64,000 nucleotides of DNA from Eledone cirrhosa. Lineage: Eukaryota. Under the pieces are notes generated by a model that saw only the letters and a program-made list of their open reading frames with translations, was not told the DNA's origin and did no database searches. Location: the NCBI GenBank assembly GCA_964016885.1, contig OZ024754.1, positions 38,812,001 through 38,876,000 on the forward strand, read 5' to 3'. The first letter of the stretch is position 1. The number at the start of each line of letters is the position of its first letter. Positions 9,846-22,400 of this stretch are shown piece after piece. Made by a program: the position numbers and the translations under genes.

Positions 9846-12367
9846 TACACACATACATGGTTGGGTTCAAATTTTAATGATAATACGGACTTAATTAAAT
9901 TATTGAGTGAGTGAAGAAACGACTGGAAGTGTCCATTCTATTCACTAAGCTTCGTTCCATGGCAGTATCGGTAGAGGGTCGGACGCCATGCTAGGGCGGT
10001 GGATTGGCAGTATCGGTAGAGGGTCGGACGCCATGCTTTCCAGCATAGTTACCTCCCTTTACGATCTGAGTTTAAATCCCTCCGAGGTTAACTTTGCCTT
10101 TCATCCTTACGGGGTCGATAAAATAAAGTACCAGTAATGCACTGGGTAATTGCTGGCCTTGTGCCAAAAGTAGAAACAATTATATATATATATTGTTTTA
10201 AATAATTATCTCCCTTGTACACTAAATATAATTGTTTCTACTTTTGGCACAAGGCCAGCAATTATCTCAGTGTATTACTGGTACTTTATTTTATCGACCC
10301 CCGTAAGGATGAAAGGCAAAGTTAACCTCGGGAGGATTTGAACTCAGACCATAAAGGGCCGTAACTCTTTGCTGCAAAGCATGGCGTCCAACCCTCTACC
10401 GATACTGCCAATCCGCCTAACTATAATGACAAGTAAATTTGTTTTGAAACAGCGGGTTTGAAAATAGAAATAGAAGCTTTCTCCGTACTTTTGATTAAAG
10501 AAATTTTAGCCTGATAGTGGAGTTTAAAACCCTCGAAGAAACGTGTCAATACTCATCTTTTTCCATTTCTTAGAGGGTTCTAAACTCCACTATCAGGCTA
10601 AAATTTCTTTAGTCAAAAATACTGCGAAAGCTTCTATTTCTATTTACTAACTATAATGTCCCTGTCTACTTGCGATGTAAAATTACTCAAGAACAGACAA
10701 ACAAGTCTGGTGTTTATATTTAATCAGGAAAAAATGGTCGTTAAATTATGATGATGAAAGAGTAAGTAATTAAAGGGAAAGTTAATTCTTAGTAATTCTT
10801 TTAATACTTTTTTTATTTTGTCTTCAAAGTTAAACTCATTTCCTGTATGTAACGAGGCTGTTGAATGTTCTCATTTCAAAGACTTACAATGTAGAGTTAT
10901 ATCTCCTCACAGGAGGACTCTTCAGCTGTGTCAAACACATGACACCCTCCCTAATGCTGGGGACATTATAAAATGCATTCAATTGAGTGTGGGAGCGTAT
11001 ATAAATGAGATATAGGCTCCTAGTCCATCTGACAGTTGGTAGAGCATGGGGGGATGATATGTAAGAAAGATGTAGGCTCCTGACCCATCTGAGAGCTTAG
11101 TAGCTCTGCTTGATTACTACTGACTCAGTCTGTGTAGACCTCTCTAACCCTTGCTAGCAGCGAGAACTGATGTTAAATGCCTTTCATTGCTGTTTGACAA
11201 AGATATAAACCAGTCAAATGTCAACAATATAAGTACCTTATATTATTATAAAGGGTTTGGCAGTATCGGTAGAGGGTCGGACAACATGCTTTGTAGCACA
11301 GAGTTACGCCCCTTTCTGATCTGAGTTCAAATCCTGCCGAGGTTAACTTTGCCTTTCATCCTTACGGGGTCGATAAAATAAAGTACCAGTAATGTACTGG
11401 GTAATTGCTGGCCTTGTGCCAATAGTAGAAACAATTATTATAAAGGGTTTACATAAAGTATATTAGGGACAGTCCAAGATGATGCTGTGTGGTAGTACAT
11501 GTTTTCAAAGGCACCGTCACTATATCAATCTATACTGCTGACAATATGCTTTTTATAAGCCCTTTGTGGTTAATTAAGATATCAGTATTATTGTTCCGGT
11601 GGATTGGCAGTATTGGTAGAGGGTTGGACGCCATGCTTTGCAGCAGAGAGTTACGGACCTTTATGGTTTGAGTTCAAATCCCGCTGAGGTTAACTTTGCC
11701 TTTCATCCTTATGGAGTCGATAAAATGAAGTACCAGTAATTACTGGTATTGTGCCAAAAGTAGAAACAATTATTTTTGTTCCAATGAAGGGAATAGAGAG
11801 CATAGAGGACTCTTCAGTTTTGTTGTGCTATGCTTAAATTCACCCAGTACACTCTGTAAAGTTGGTGTTAAGAAGGGCATCAAGCTGTAGAAACTATGCT
11901 GAATATTGAAGATACGAGCAAGATGAGGTTTCTGGCCATGTTTTTGTTTCAGAGACTGACAACCTTTCCGATCTATGTCAAAATGGAAATCATTATCACT
12001 ATTTAATATCTACTTTCCATATTGCATGGTTAGACGGGTGTTGTGTGCTGAGGCCAGACAAGTCGGGTGACAAGGACCTGTTCGTACACTTTGTTTTGGC
12101 TTGGTTTCTATGGCTGGATGCCCTTCCTAATATCAAGTGGAAAGCGTATGTAAAATGATGAAATCATGGCTGAGGTTTGAAGATTAATGAAGTTTGTAGT
12201 GACTCCACCATAAAATGACAATGAAACACTTAGCAACCAGGTAGACTGAAATAAATCTAATTATTCCTCATTTTATTTCTTGATTTGTTAATCTAAACGA
12301 TTTCTTCCACAACCTCTCTATTTATTTTCCTTCTACATTTGAAGATGGCAAATTGGCAGCCATTAGC

Positions 12368-13196
12368 ATGTTGGATTGAAAATACCTTAATTTAGGGTGT
12401 TGGACTGAACATACCTTAATTTAGGGTGTTTGACTGAACATACCTTAATTTAGGGTGTTGGACTGAACATACCTTAATTTAGGGTGTTGGATTGAAAATA
12501 CCTTAATTTAGGGTGTTGGACTGAACATACCTTAATTTAGGGTGTTGGACTGAACATACCTTAATTTAGGGTGTTTGACTGAAAATACCTTAATTTAGGG
12601 TGTTTGACTGAAAATACCTTAATTTAGGGTGTTGGATTGAACATACCTTAATTTAGGGTGTTGGACTGAACATACCATAATTTAGGGTGTTTGACTGAAA
12701 ATACCTTAATTTAGGGTGTTTGATTGAACATACCTTAATTTAGGGTGTTGGACTGAACATACCTTAATTTAGGGTGTTTGACTGAAAATACCTTCATTTA
12801 GGGTGTTTGATTGAACATACCTTAATTTAGGGTGTTTGACTGAACATACCTTAATTTAGGGTGTTGGACTGAAAATACCTTCATTTAGGGTGTTTGATTG
12901 AACATACCTTAATTTAGGGTGTTTGACTGAAAATACCTTAATTTAGGGTGTTGGACTGAACATACCTTCATTTAGGGTGTTTGACTGAACATACCTTAAT
13001 TTAGGGTGTTTGACTGAACATACCTTAATTTAGGGTGTTGGACTGAACATACCTTCATTTAGGGTGTTTGACTGAACATACCTTAATTTAGGGTGTTGGA
13101 CTGAACATACCTTCATTTAGGGTGTTTGACTGAACATACCTTAATTTAGGGTGTTGGACTGAACATACCTTCATTTAGGGTGTTGGACTGAACATA
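12368..13196. repeat. 29-bp minisatellite, about 28 copies, embedded in a SINE
   Basis: Unit gttggactgaacataccttaatttagggt; SINE head on the left, B-box and body on the right. Confidence 0.95.
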
Positions 13197-14671
13197 AACT
13201 TCATATGTGTTCTGAGTTCAAATTCTGCTGAGGACGACTTTCATCTTTTCAAGGTTGATAAAGTACCAGTTCACTACTGAGGTTGATAAAGTACCAGTTC
13301 ACTACTGAGGTTGATAAAGTACCAGTTCACTACTGAGGTTGATTTTTCATCTCGCTTTATCACTTTCTTCTTTTCTGAAAGAAATCAGCTGTGTTCCAAC
13401 CTAGAGAAGGATGGGCTTCACCAGGTTTTAAAATGCCTTATGTTAGGATGGCAACCCTATGACTCCACCAGGAGTTAAACGCCCTACTTAACTTCGTCTA
13501 AATGGTTTTGTCGTTGTTTAGTCCCATGTCAGCCTCTTATAAAACAAACCTGTGATCAGAATTATTGCAGCTGTGGTCTTCCCATTTTTACAGGTATACC
13601 TAGAATTTCATTAGATAATATATTCTTCCTTGCCATTTAAAAAAAAAAAGTTAGTTGAAAAAAGCCAGTCTTTCTCAAGCTTAAAAGCCATTCAAGTTGG
13701 AGTTTATCATTTTTTCATATGGTGTTATGCAACTGAGAATATAAGACTCTTCTCTTCCTGGATGGGGTGCTAGCCCATCTTAAGGTTAACTCCCAGCTGT
13801 TGCTAGTACTCAGTTTCTCAGTTCAGTAGACTGGAACATGAAATGGAGTCCTTTGTTCAAAGACACAACACATCATCTGGTCTTGAAATTGAGCTCACAA
13901 ACTTATGATTGAGATTCCAGCACCCTAATCACTCAGCCACATGCCTTTAAATTTATATGTGTATAATTTGTGGGAGATTTGGCTGCTTTTTCTCGAAGGC
14001 CAAGCAACTGCGTAGCTGGTATCTTCTTAACTCATCTAAATGTATATTTTCTTCACTGGTTTTAATAATCCTTTTCAGGGGATTTGACCTTAGAAAGGGA
14101 TGTGTGTATCCAGTAACTAAAAGGGTTGGTGCCAAGAAGGCCATTTGGCTGTCAAATGCTCTTTCAAAAAGGGACTAATTGGCTTTATTAATAAGCATAA
14201 AGTGGACGTGTAAAAGACACAGCAAAAAGCACCCAGCACACATTGTCAATGTGGTTGGCGTTAGGAAGGACATCCAGCCGTAGAAAACCAGCCAAAAACA
14301 AAACCAAATTACTCAAACTTATAAATCTCATTGTATAATTTCTACTAGCAGATCATTAGCAGTAGTCTACTTGAATTTATTTTTTCCATCTTAATTAAGA
14401 ATCCAATGGCTTGTTTTCTTATGTTGCTAAATTATTATTTTTTTTTTTTTAATTTGTGTTGCTTTTTATTTATTTACTTTTCTCTTTCTGTTTTTTCTCC
14501 AAACATTGAATCTGAAAATTGAATTGACCATCAAGCTCCACTGGTATTAGTGACTGCTAATTGCACTAACATCCATTCTTCACTTGTTAAACCTAATATC
14601 ATTAATATTTCTTTGTTAATTAACTCCACTTTGCACTGTTTTTATTTTTCTAAGAGATATAAATGTGTGTG

Positions 14672-14702
<31 letters not shown>

Positions 14703-16009
14703 ATGTTTGTGTATTTATATATACATACATATAAATACACAAACATTCATACATACATATATATATATGCGTGTATGTGTATGTATATATATATGTGTAT
14801 GTATATATATATATATGTATATATGTGTGTATATATATAAATAGATACATATGGGGTGGTCATTGTGCAAGTTCTATGTGTAAAGGTAGTATTAACCTGT
14901 ATTACATTTTTATAGATTTACTCTTGAGATTGTTTATGTTGGTGCCACAATACAATGCACTAGGTACACTCTGTAAAGTTGTTGGTGATAGGGTATGCAG
15001 CTGAAGAAACCATGCCAAAGAGGTTGTGAGGATTCTTTAGTTATGTCAAGGACATGACAACCTCCCTAGACCTGGTGCTACAATACAATACACCCAGTAC
15101 ACTCTGTAAAGTTGTTGGTGATAGGTAGAACATACATGTGAGGAAACCATGCCAAATCCAGAACATCAGGAGAGAAAGTAGCTCAGAATAAATATTGACA
15201 CACATTAAATGATGGTGATGATGATTAATTTTCAACAATTCTACCACCATGATGTATACAAATCGTGATATTTTTTCTGAAAGTCCTAAAAATATATCTT
15301 GCACCTGCTATTCAATTCAACCTGAATTGCTTCAGTTAGTTTAACTCCACAAGACAACTAAAATAATGAGGTTTGTTGGAATAAACAGCAGTCGTTATGT
15401 GTATTGCTATTAAATAAGTTGAAGTAATTATTTTAATTTTTTAAAAGATTGATACACTTCTTCTTCGCCCACTTCCTGAGAGGGTCGTAGGGGCAGTCCT
15501 CAAACACTCTCTCCAGCGGGTCCTGTCAGAAGCAACCAATCTGGCTGGATCCCCAAGCATGTCCACCCAAGATTGATACAAAATTATAAAAATGCTGGTG
15601 TCATAATAAAATTCACCTGGAAACTCTGTAGTGTGGTAGTGTTGGTACCACAATAAAACATACTCAATACCCTCTATAAAGTGCTAGTGTCACAATAAAA
15701 TGCATTCAATACACTCTGTAAAGTGTCTTGAATGCTGGTTCCACAATGAAATGCACCCAGTACACTCTGTAAAGTGGTAGTGATGGTGCCATGATAAAAT
15801 ACACCCAGTATATTCAAGTAGTTTGTGTTAGGAAAGCATACAGCTGTAAAAACCATGCCAAACTGTGATAACCCATCCAACCTACAACAGCATGGAAAGT
15901 GGATGTAAAACGATGTTGAATAAATTCGATTGACAGAGATAAAATAGATTTATCAGGCTTCTAAATATTCTTTACAGATTGATATTGTTATATGTAAGAA
16001 ATGGTGGGA

Positions 16010-16595
16010 TATAAGCTTGCCAGACATAGTTAATAAAATAGAGGAAGATGGTGTCATACCTGATGATGGGGAGTCAAGAGAGAGGATGACTGATAGTGTC
16101 ATTGTGAACTGGGGAGATGAGAGAGAGAGAAAAGTAACTACAGAGACATCAAGTTGAAGGACCAAGTCATAAAGGTTACTAAAATGGTTACAGCACAACT
16201 AATTAGACAGGATTCAGATCAGTTTTATGAGGAGGCGCGTGGCATAGTGGTAAAGGTATTGGACTTAACGATCATAATGTTGTAGGTTCGATTCCAAGAC
16301 TGAGCTGTGTGTATACTCAACTGAAATGAGTACCAGCTATAGTTGGGGGTTTAACTCTGTGATGGACTGGTGTCCTGTCCAGTGGGAAGTGCTGTACACT
16401 GTCACTTCACACTACAGAAACCAAGATAAGTACTGAGTTGATGAAACTCTGGGCTCATGATAGACTTTTTTTTTTTTTTTTTAGATCAGTTTTATGTCAA
16501 ATAGAGGTACTCCCAATGCCCTCTTCCTTGTAAGACAGCTGCAGGAGAAGTACTTAGCATTTGTAGATTTGGAGAAAGCCTTTCACAGAGTCTCT
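16010..16595 (+). mobile_element. Decayed RTE RT fragment interrupted by a SINE
   Basis: SNYRDIKLKDQV..AQLIR before the SINE; ALFLVRQLQEKYLAFVDLEKAFHRV after it. Confidence 0.8.
16230..16482 (+). mobile_element. Full-length tRNA-derived SINE (second family) with 14-bp TSD
   Basis: A box TGGCATAGTGG, B box GGTTCGATTCC, T17 tail; TSD agatcagttttatg at 16216-16229 and 16483-16496. Confidence 0.9.
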
Positions 16596-16727
16596 GCTGT
16601 ATAAAATATGTAAATTTAAAAAATTATACAAGAACTTTACAATGACCATGTATGTATGTTTGGGTGTATAAACAGGATGGAAATTACCCACTGCATGTAG
16701 TATATATATTTATTTATTCATGTTTAA

Positions 16728-16904
16728 CCCTTTACCATTTACATTACCCTATATTTACTATTGTATTTTTGTGGTAAAGGCTTTAACATAATTATCCCAC
16801 ATAATATCGAAGCCATGAGATTTTTGTATTTTTCAAACCGCCGGTTTGAACAGAAAGGGGTAGGAGAATTATGGCCGGATATAGCCGGTTTAAATGCTAA
16901 AGGG
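16728..16904. mobile_element. piggyBac-type MITE (other copies near 3342, 20830-21235, 23485, 24640-25178, 45885, 48400)
   Basis: TTAA flanks; TIRs ccctttaccattt / aaatgctaaaggg. Confidence 0.85.
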
Positions 16905-17377
16905 TTAAAACTGGTGATTAAATCTGTTGCTGTTCAGAGTTTCTGATTTTTCTGTGTTCAGTTAAGAGAATGCTCTTTATCACCTGGACAATTAACGTCG
17001 AAGAACTAGAAACTCAGAGTAGTTAACTTGAACAGTCTTCAAATCAATAACTGGATGTTTTATTTCAATTACTAAATAAACACTTCTCCACACACATACT
17101 AACATATTACCCTCTCCTTAATAGAAATATAGTTAGGCTCTCTTATTCTACCACACATATATATATATATGAATATATATAATATATACATGTATATATA
17201 TAAATGTTGTTATATATTTTTTGTTGTGCTCATAATTGTTTCGGCATTAATACACTGGTTGGATGCCCTTCCTAACACCAGCACCACTTTACAGCATGGA
17301 CTGGGTGCTTTTATTCATGTCACCAGCACTAGAGAGGTTGTCTTACTGGACACCCCGTGTATGTGTATATATATAAA

Positions 17378-17428
<51 letters not shown>

Positions 17429-17727
17429 CGGGTAAAATTCCTGAGATACACACACACAATCACTCTACTCACAAGAAATAGAAATCTACTCTGAAGAAAG
17501 AGCTGACCTTGTGTCCAGGGTTGGATTAAAGTAACTAAGGCCTTGGGTAGAAAATATTTGGGGCTCCCAGGAAGCAGCTGCCCACAAGAAACCTAATGAA
17601 AATACATGAATGTAGGCCTACATATAGAATAATGCTGATATTCCAGCATTGATCAAGGCTGACCTCTAAAACAGTGGAAAAGAAATGCTTAAGTTTCTAC
17701 AATGGCATTTCATTTCTATATATAAAT

Positions 17728-18435
17728 ATATAGTTTTATACATGTTTTAATATAGTTTTATACATGTTTTAATATAGTTTTATACATGTTTTAATATAGT
17801 TTTATACATGTTTTAATATAGTTTCGTACATGTTTTAATATAGTTTTATACATGTTTTAATATAGTTTTATACGTTTTAATATAGTTTTGTACATGTTTT
17901 AATATAGTTTTGTACATGTTTTAATATAGTTTTGTACATGTTTTAATATAGTTTTGTACATGTTTTAATATAGTTTTGTACATGTTTTAATATAGTTTTG
18001 TACATGTTTTAATATAGTTTTATACGTTTTAATATAGTTTTATACGTTTTAATATAGTTTTGTACATGTTTTAATATAGTTTTATACGTTTTAATATAGT
18101 TTTGTACATGTTTTAATATAGTTTTGTACATGTTTTAATATAGTTTTGTACACGTTTTAATATAGTTTTATACACGTTTTAATATAGTTTTATACACGTT
18201 TTAATATAGTTTTGTACATGTTTTAATATAGTTTTATACATGTTTTAATATAGTTTTATACACGTTTTAATATAGTTTTGTACATGTTTTAATATAGTTT
18301 TGTACGTGTTTTAATATAGTTTTGTACGTGTTTTAATATAGTTTTGCACGTGTTTTAATATAGTTTTGCACGTGTTTTAATATAGTTTTGCACGTATTTT
18401 AATATAGTTTTGCACGTATTTTAATAGTTTTGTAA
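17728..18435. repeat. 22-bp minisatellite
   Basis: Unit atatagttttRtacatgtttta, with variant units clustered along the array. Confidence 0.95.
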
Positions 18436-19106
18436 TATAATATTTTTATTTTATTATACATTTATGTGTTTTTATTGTTCAAATACATCTTTGTAAATGA
18501 CTTTGTAACCTGGACGGAATTTCTTTGAGGATATCGTAGGCAGTGATCACCTTCCACAAAAACTACAGGTCACACTGCTGAATCTTAATGCAACCATCCT
18601 TCCAAGGACACATTGAGTTCTAACATTATCAGCCCCATCACAACCAGGTGGACTTTGATATATATATATATTATATATATATCCAAGGAGTATAACATAC
18701 AGTTACTGAAGGTTCACCCTTAAGGCTTTAAATACCAAAATTGATAAAAGAAGTAGAAACACAACACCACTCCCCAGCAGTGTTTTTTCCAGGTATAGAA
18801 TGATACCTTGACCCATAAACGTTGACCTCTTATCCGTGAAATACTAGGGTCAACTCTTATAAGAGATCTATGGAAAATAAGGGTTTGATTTTTTACATGA
18901 GATTGAGTATTACTCTAGTATATATGGTACATATTTTAATATAAATATATTTTAGTTCCTTGCATGTGTCTCTGTCCACTTTTTTCCACCCCCATTGGAA
19001 CTTTACCTGATTTCCTCAACTGACTATTGTTATGGTCATTTGCGTTGGGGTGCACACATTTCAAATGTCATATTTTAGTAGATATTTCAAACGGGGCAGA
19101 TTCCCC

Positions 19107-19137
<31 letters not shown>

Positions 19138-19277
19138 ATACTGAGACCCTAGATAGCAGTCCACTTAGCTCATATGTAAATCTGGTACTGCTTGTATCTA
19201 CCCATTATATATTACTTTACATATTTATCCTTCTCTTTCACTCTCTCTTATTGAAGTCAACATTGTTATAATTGCAG

Positions 19278-19456
19278 AATGTGCAACAGCAGCACCACCA
19301 CCAACAGCAGCAACAGAAGAAAAGGAAGAAGAAGAATCAGTAAATGTTGAAGACGGTGATATCAGAGTTGCAGCTAACCCTAATGCAGAATTCCAATTAA
19401 ACAGGGACAGCAAGAAGGCTACTGCTGTCACCAACCAGCAATCTTATAAAGGGTAG
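19278..19456 (+). CDS. Candidate distal last exon of MACROD, acidic/disordered tail: (K)CATAAPPPTAATEEKEEEESVNVEDGDIRVAANPNAEFQLNRDSKKATAVTNQQSYKG*
   Basis: ttgcag acceptor downstream of a pyrimidine-rich tract; 59 open codons in the phase required by the 7341 donor; coding-like composition in non-coding surroundings. Confidence 0.65.
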
Positions 19457-22400
19457 TGTGTGTGTGTGTGTGATAGACAGTACAATAATGTGTGTGTATG
19501 TGAGAAAGACAGTACAATAATGTGTGTGTATGTGAGAAAGAGAGAATACTGTAATGTGTGAGAGAGAGAGAGAGAATACTGTAATGTGTGAGAGAGAGAG
19601 AGAGAGAGTACTGTTATTTCTGCCAAAAAAGGAAATTTAAGAAAAAACTTCAAATAACAAAAATTCTGAAATATGTAAAAAAAAAAAAAAGAGGGTCTTT
19701 GATAAAAATGGTGGTGGTGGAGAAACAGGGGGTCAGCTATCATACAGTGCTGGGCCTCTCTGTTGTGGCAGCATGTATAAAATATGTTTGTTACTAATGT
19801 TAGTTTTTGGTTTAAAGATTTGTTTGTTTTCACCCCCAGATTGTGTGTGTGTGTGTTGAAATTTTGTAATGCCTTTTACAAATGGATTGCAATACTGTAC
19901 CTAACTTTACCTGGGGTAAGACTAGTGATCCTCTGACTACCTGGGGTAGAATGACCAGTGACCCCAGTGACCACCTGGAGTGGGATGCTGGTTAACACAC
20001 ATGACCAGTGTGACCTTCTGACTACCTGGGGTAGAATGACCAGTGACCCAGTGACCACCTGGGGTGGGAGATCCTCTCATTGCTGCTAATTCTAAACTTA
20101 CAATATAATTGTTTCTACTTTAGGCACAAGGCCAGCAATTTTCTTGGGGTGTGGGGCGGGGTCGATTAAATCCCAGTGCGTTACTGGTATTTTATTATTA
20201 TTAAAATCATGCCAGATAATGTTTCTAACATTGATATATCTTCCTTCTTTATCTCTAATTATGGAAGAGGAAATGAAAGCCAAGGGATTGGGGAGGGATA
20301 TAGAGAAGCTTGTCCTGGTCCCTGTTTTACAGAGGGAAATAGCCTTAAAACACATTTGGTGGGGGAAATTGATTAAACCGCTCCACCTCGGGACATCCTG
20401 TTTTTGTCAGTTATCAGAAAGAAATAGAGTGAGCCCTCAGTCTAAAGGGGAAGGGAGGAGATGAGTGAACCATTAGTCCAAGGGGAGGGGGTGAGAGAAG
20501 ATAGTGAGTGAACCATCAACTCAAGGAGGATTGATGGTTGGGTGAGAGGTGGTGGTGGAGTGTGACTATGCTCTTGTCAAATCAAAAAATATTTAACCTG
20601 GTGAGAGGAATATATTTGGAGAAGTTTGGTATCTTGTATTTGAATGCAAATAATTAAAAAAGAATCTTATTTTAAACTGTTTTGTTGCCATACTAATAAA
20701 ATACACTGCTTAAGATATTGAATTAAAATTTGAAGGGATTTAGTAACATAATTATCTTGTTATAAAATTGATGTTTAGACTATAAGAAAAGACTTTTACA
20801 AAAAATTGTAAATGATAGGTTTAAATTTAACCCTTTGCCATTTACATTACTCTATATTAACTATTGTATTTTCATGGTAAACACTATTTTATGTAATTAT
20901 ATCACAATATCAAATCTATAAGATTTTGTTATTTATTTTGAAAACAATACCTTAACATAAGTATGAGTAGCAAGTTACGGCCGGTTTGGGCAGAAAAAGG
21001 TGAGAGAATTCTGGCCAGTTTAACTCTTTAGTGTTCAAACCGGCCAAAACAGGCCTGAATTCTCTACCTCTTTCTGTTGAAACTGGCCGCTCAAACTGAT
21101 GTTAAGGTATTGTTCTCAAAATAAATACTTTCAAAATCTCATAGATTCGATATTATGTGAGGTAAAGCTTTTACCATTAAAATATAATAGTATATATATA
21201 TATATATAAAATAATGTGAATGCTAAATGGTTAAACATGAACTCTTTAAAACAAATGTTTTGTTTTTCACCATAGAACCAAAAGTAGTATCAGCTGGTTT
21301 GGTATTAAAACAGTTAAGCACGTATACTGGACTATCTCGTTCTGCTGTGTGGGGGTTGTTGAAAATACTACCACATTCTGTATGTATCAAAATAACCATA
21401 AAGTGTTTACACTGCAGATATTAGTGCTGGACAAAGTTTAGCCCATTTGTTACTAGATTACTAATGAAATACAATGCCTATGATTTGTATACCATTAAGT
21501 CAAGAATAGATATTTTTTTGTGTGTCTATTGTAGGGTGGGGTGGGGGTACTAGTATAACTTTCTCATTATCAAACTGGTGTTTGGAACATAACTTAAAGG
21601 TTCTGACATAGAAACTTTTTTTTTTTTAAAGTTAAATACAAACTCTAGAATAAATGGCTTTGTATTGTATAACCAAGAGTAAAACTTAGAGGTTCTTATA
21701 TAAACAGCTTTGTATTGAAGAACCAAAAGCAGTTTCAGGTGGTTTGGCAACAAAAGGGACACAGAGGCTTCAATAATCACTAAAAGATCATTTTTTGGGG
21801 GGCTATTATGCTTATGTGGGATGGGGAGGGGGGGATTAACCATCAAAGAATTCATCACAGCAAGATAAACCTGTTTACAAACATGTAAATATTTCATGTC
21901 TTATGCTGTGTGGTAAATGATGCAATGAATTTTGATCACTTATTGTCTGTTTTTGATTCATGTCGGGGATTCTGTCCTGGGAGTTTCTTTTATTTGGAAT
22001 GAAATTTAAGATTAAAAAAAAATAAAATACAATTTCATATTTCTGCGTTTTTTGTTTTTTTTAATGTTTTCTCTTCCCTATAAATTTATATACCTTTCTG
22101 ATGCATAAGATAGAAAACAGTGAACCAATTGTCACTGAGTTTTAGAAAGGTGATGAATAATGAAAGAGTTGCATTTAACAGGTGAGGCACTAGCAGGTGT
22201 AACTAGGTCTTAATAGGTTCAAGAATATTAATATCTAAACTATAATAAAGTAAGGAGCACGGGACTGCATCCAGAATGTATTTTTTTTATCCCGTTTGTA
22301 AAATAAGTTGGATTACTTTGAATAAATATTACATAATTTATCTACTAAATTTCGTTTTTTTTTTATTAGATATAAATAATTTTGTTGCTTCACTGCTTTT

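Noticed and set aside
12368-13196. Interstitial telomere
   Set aside because: TTAGGG occurs only once per 29-bp unit, never as tandem hexamers.
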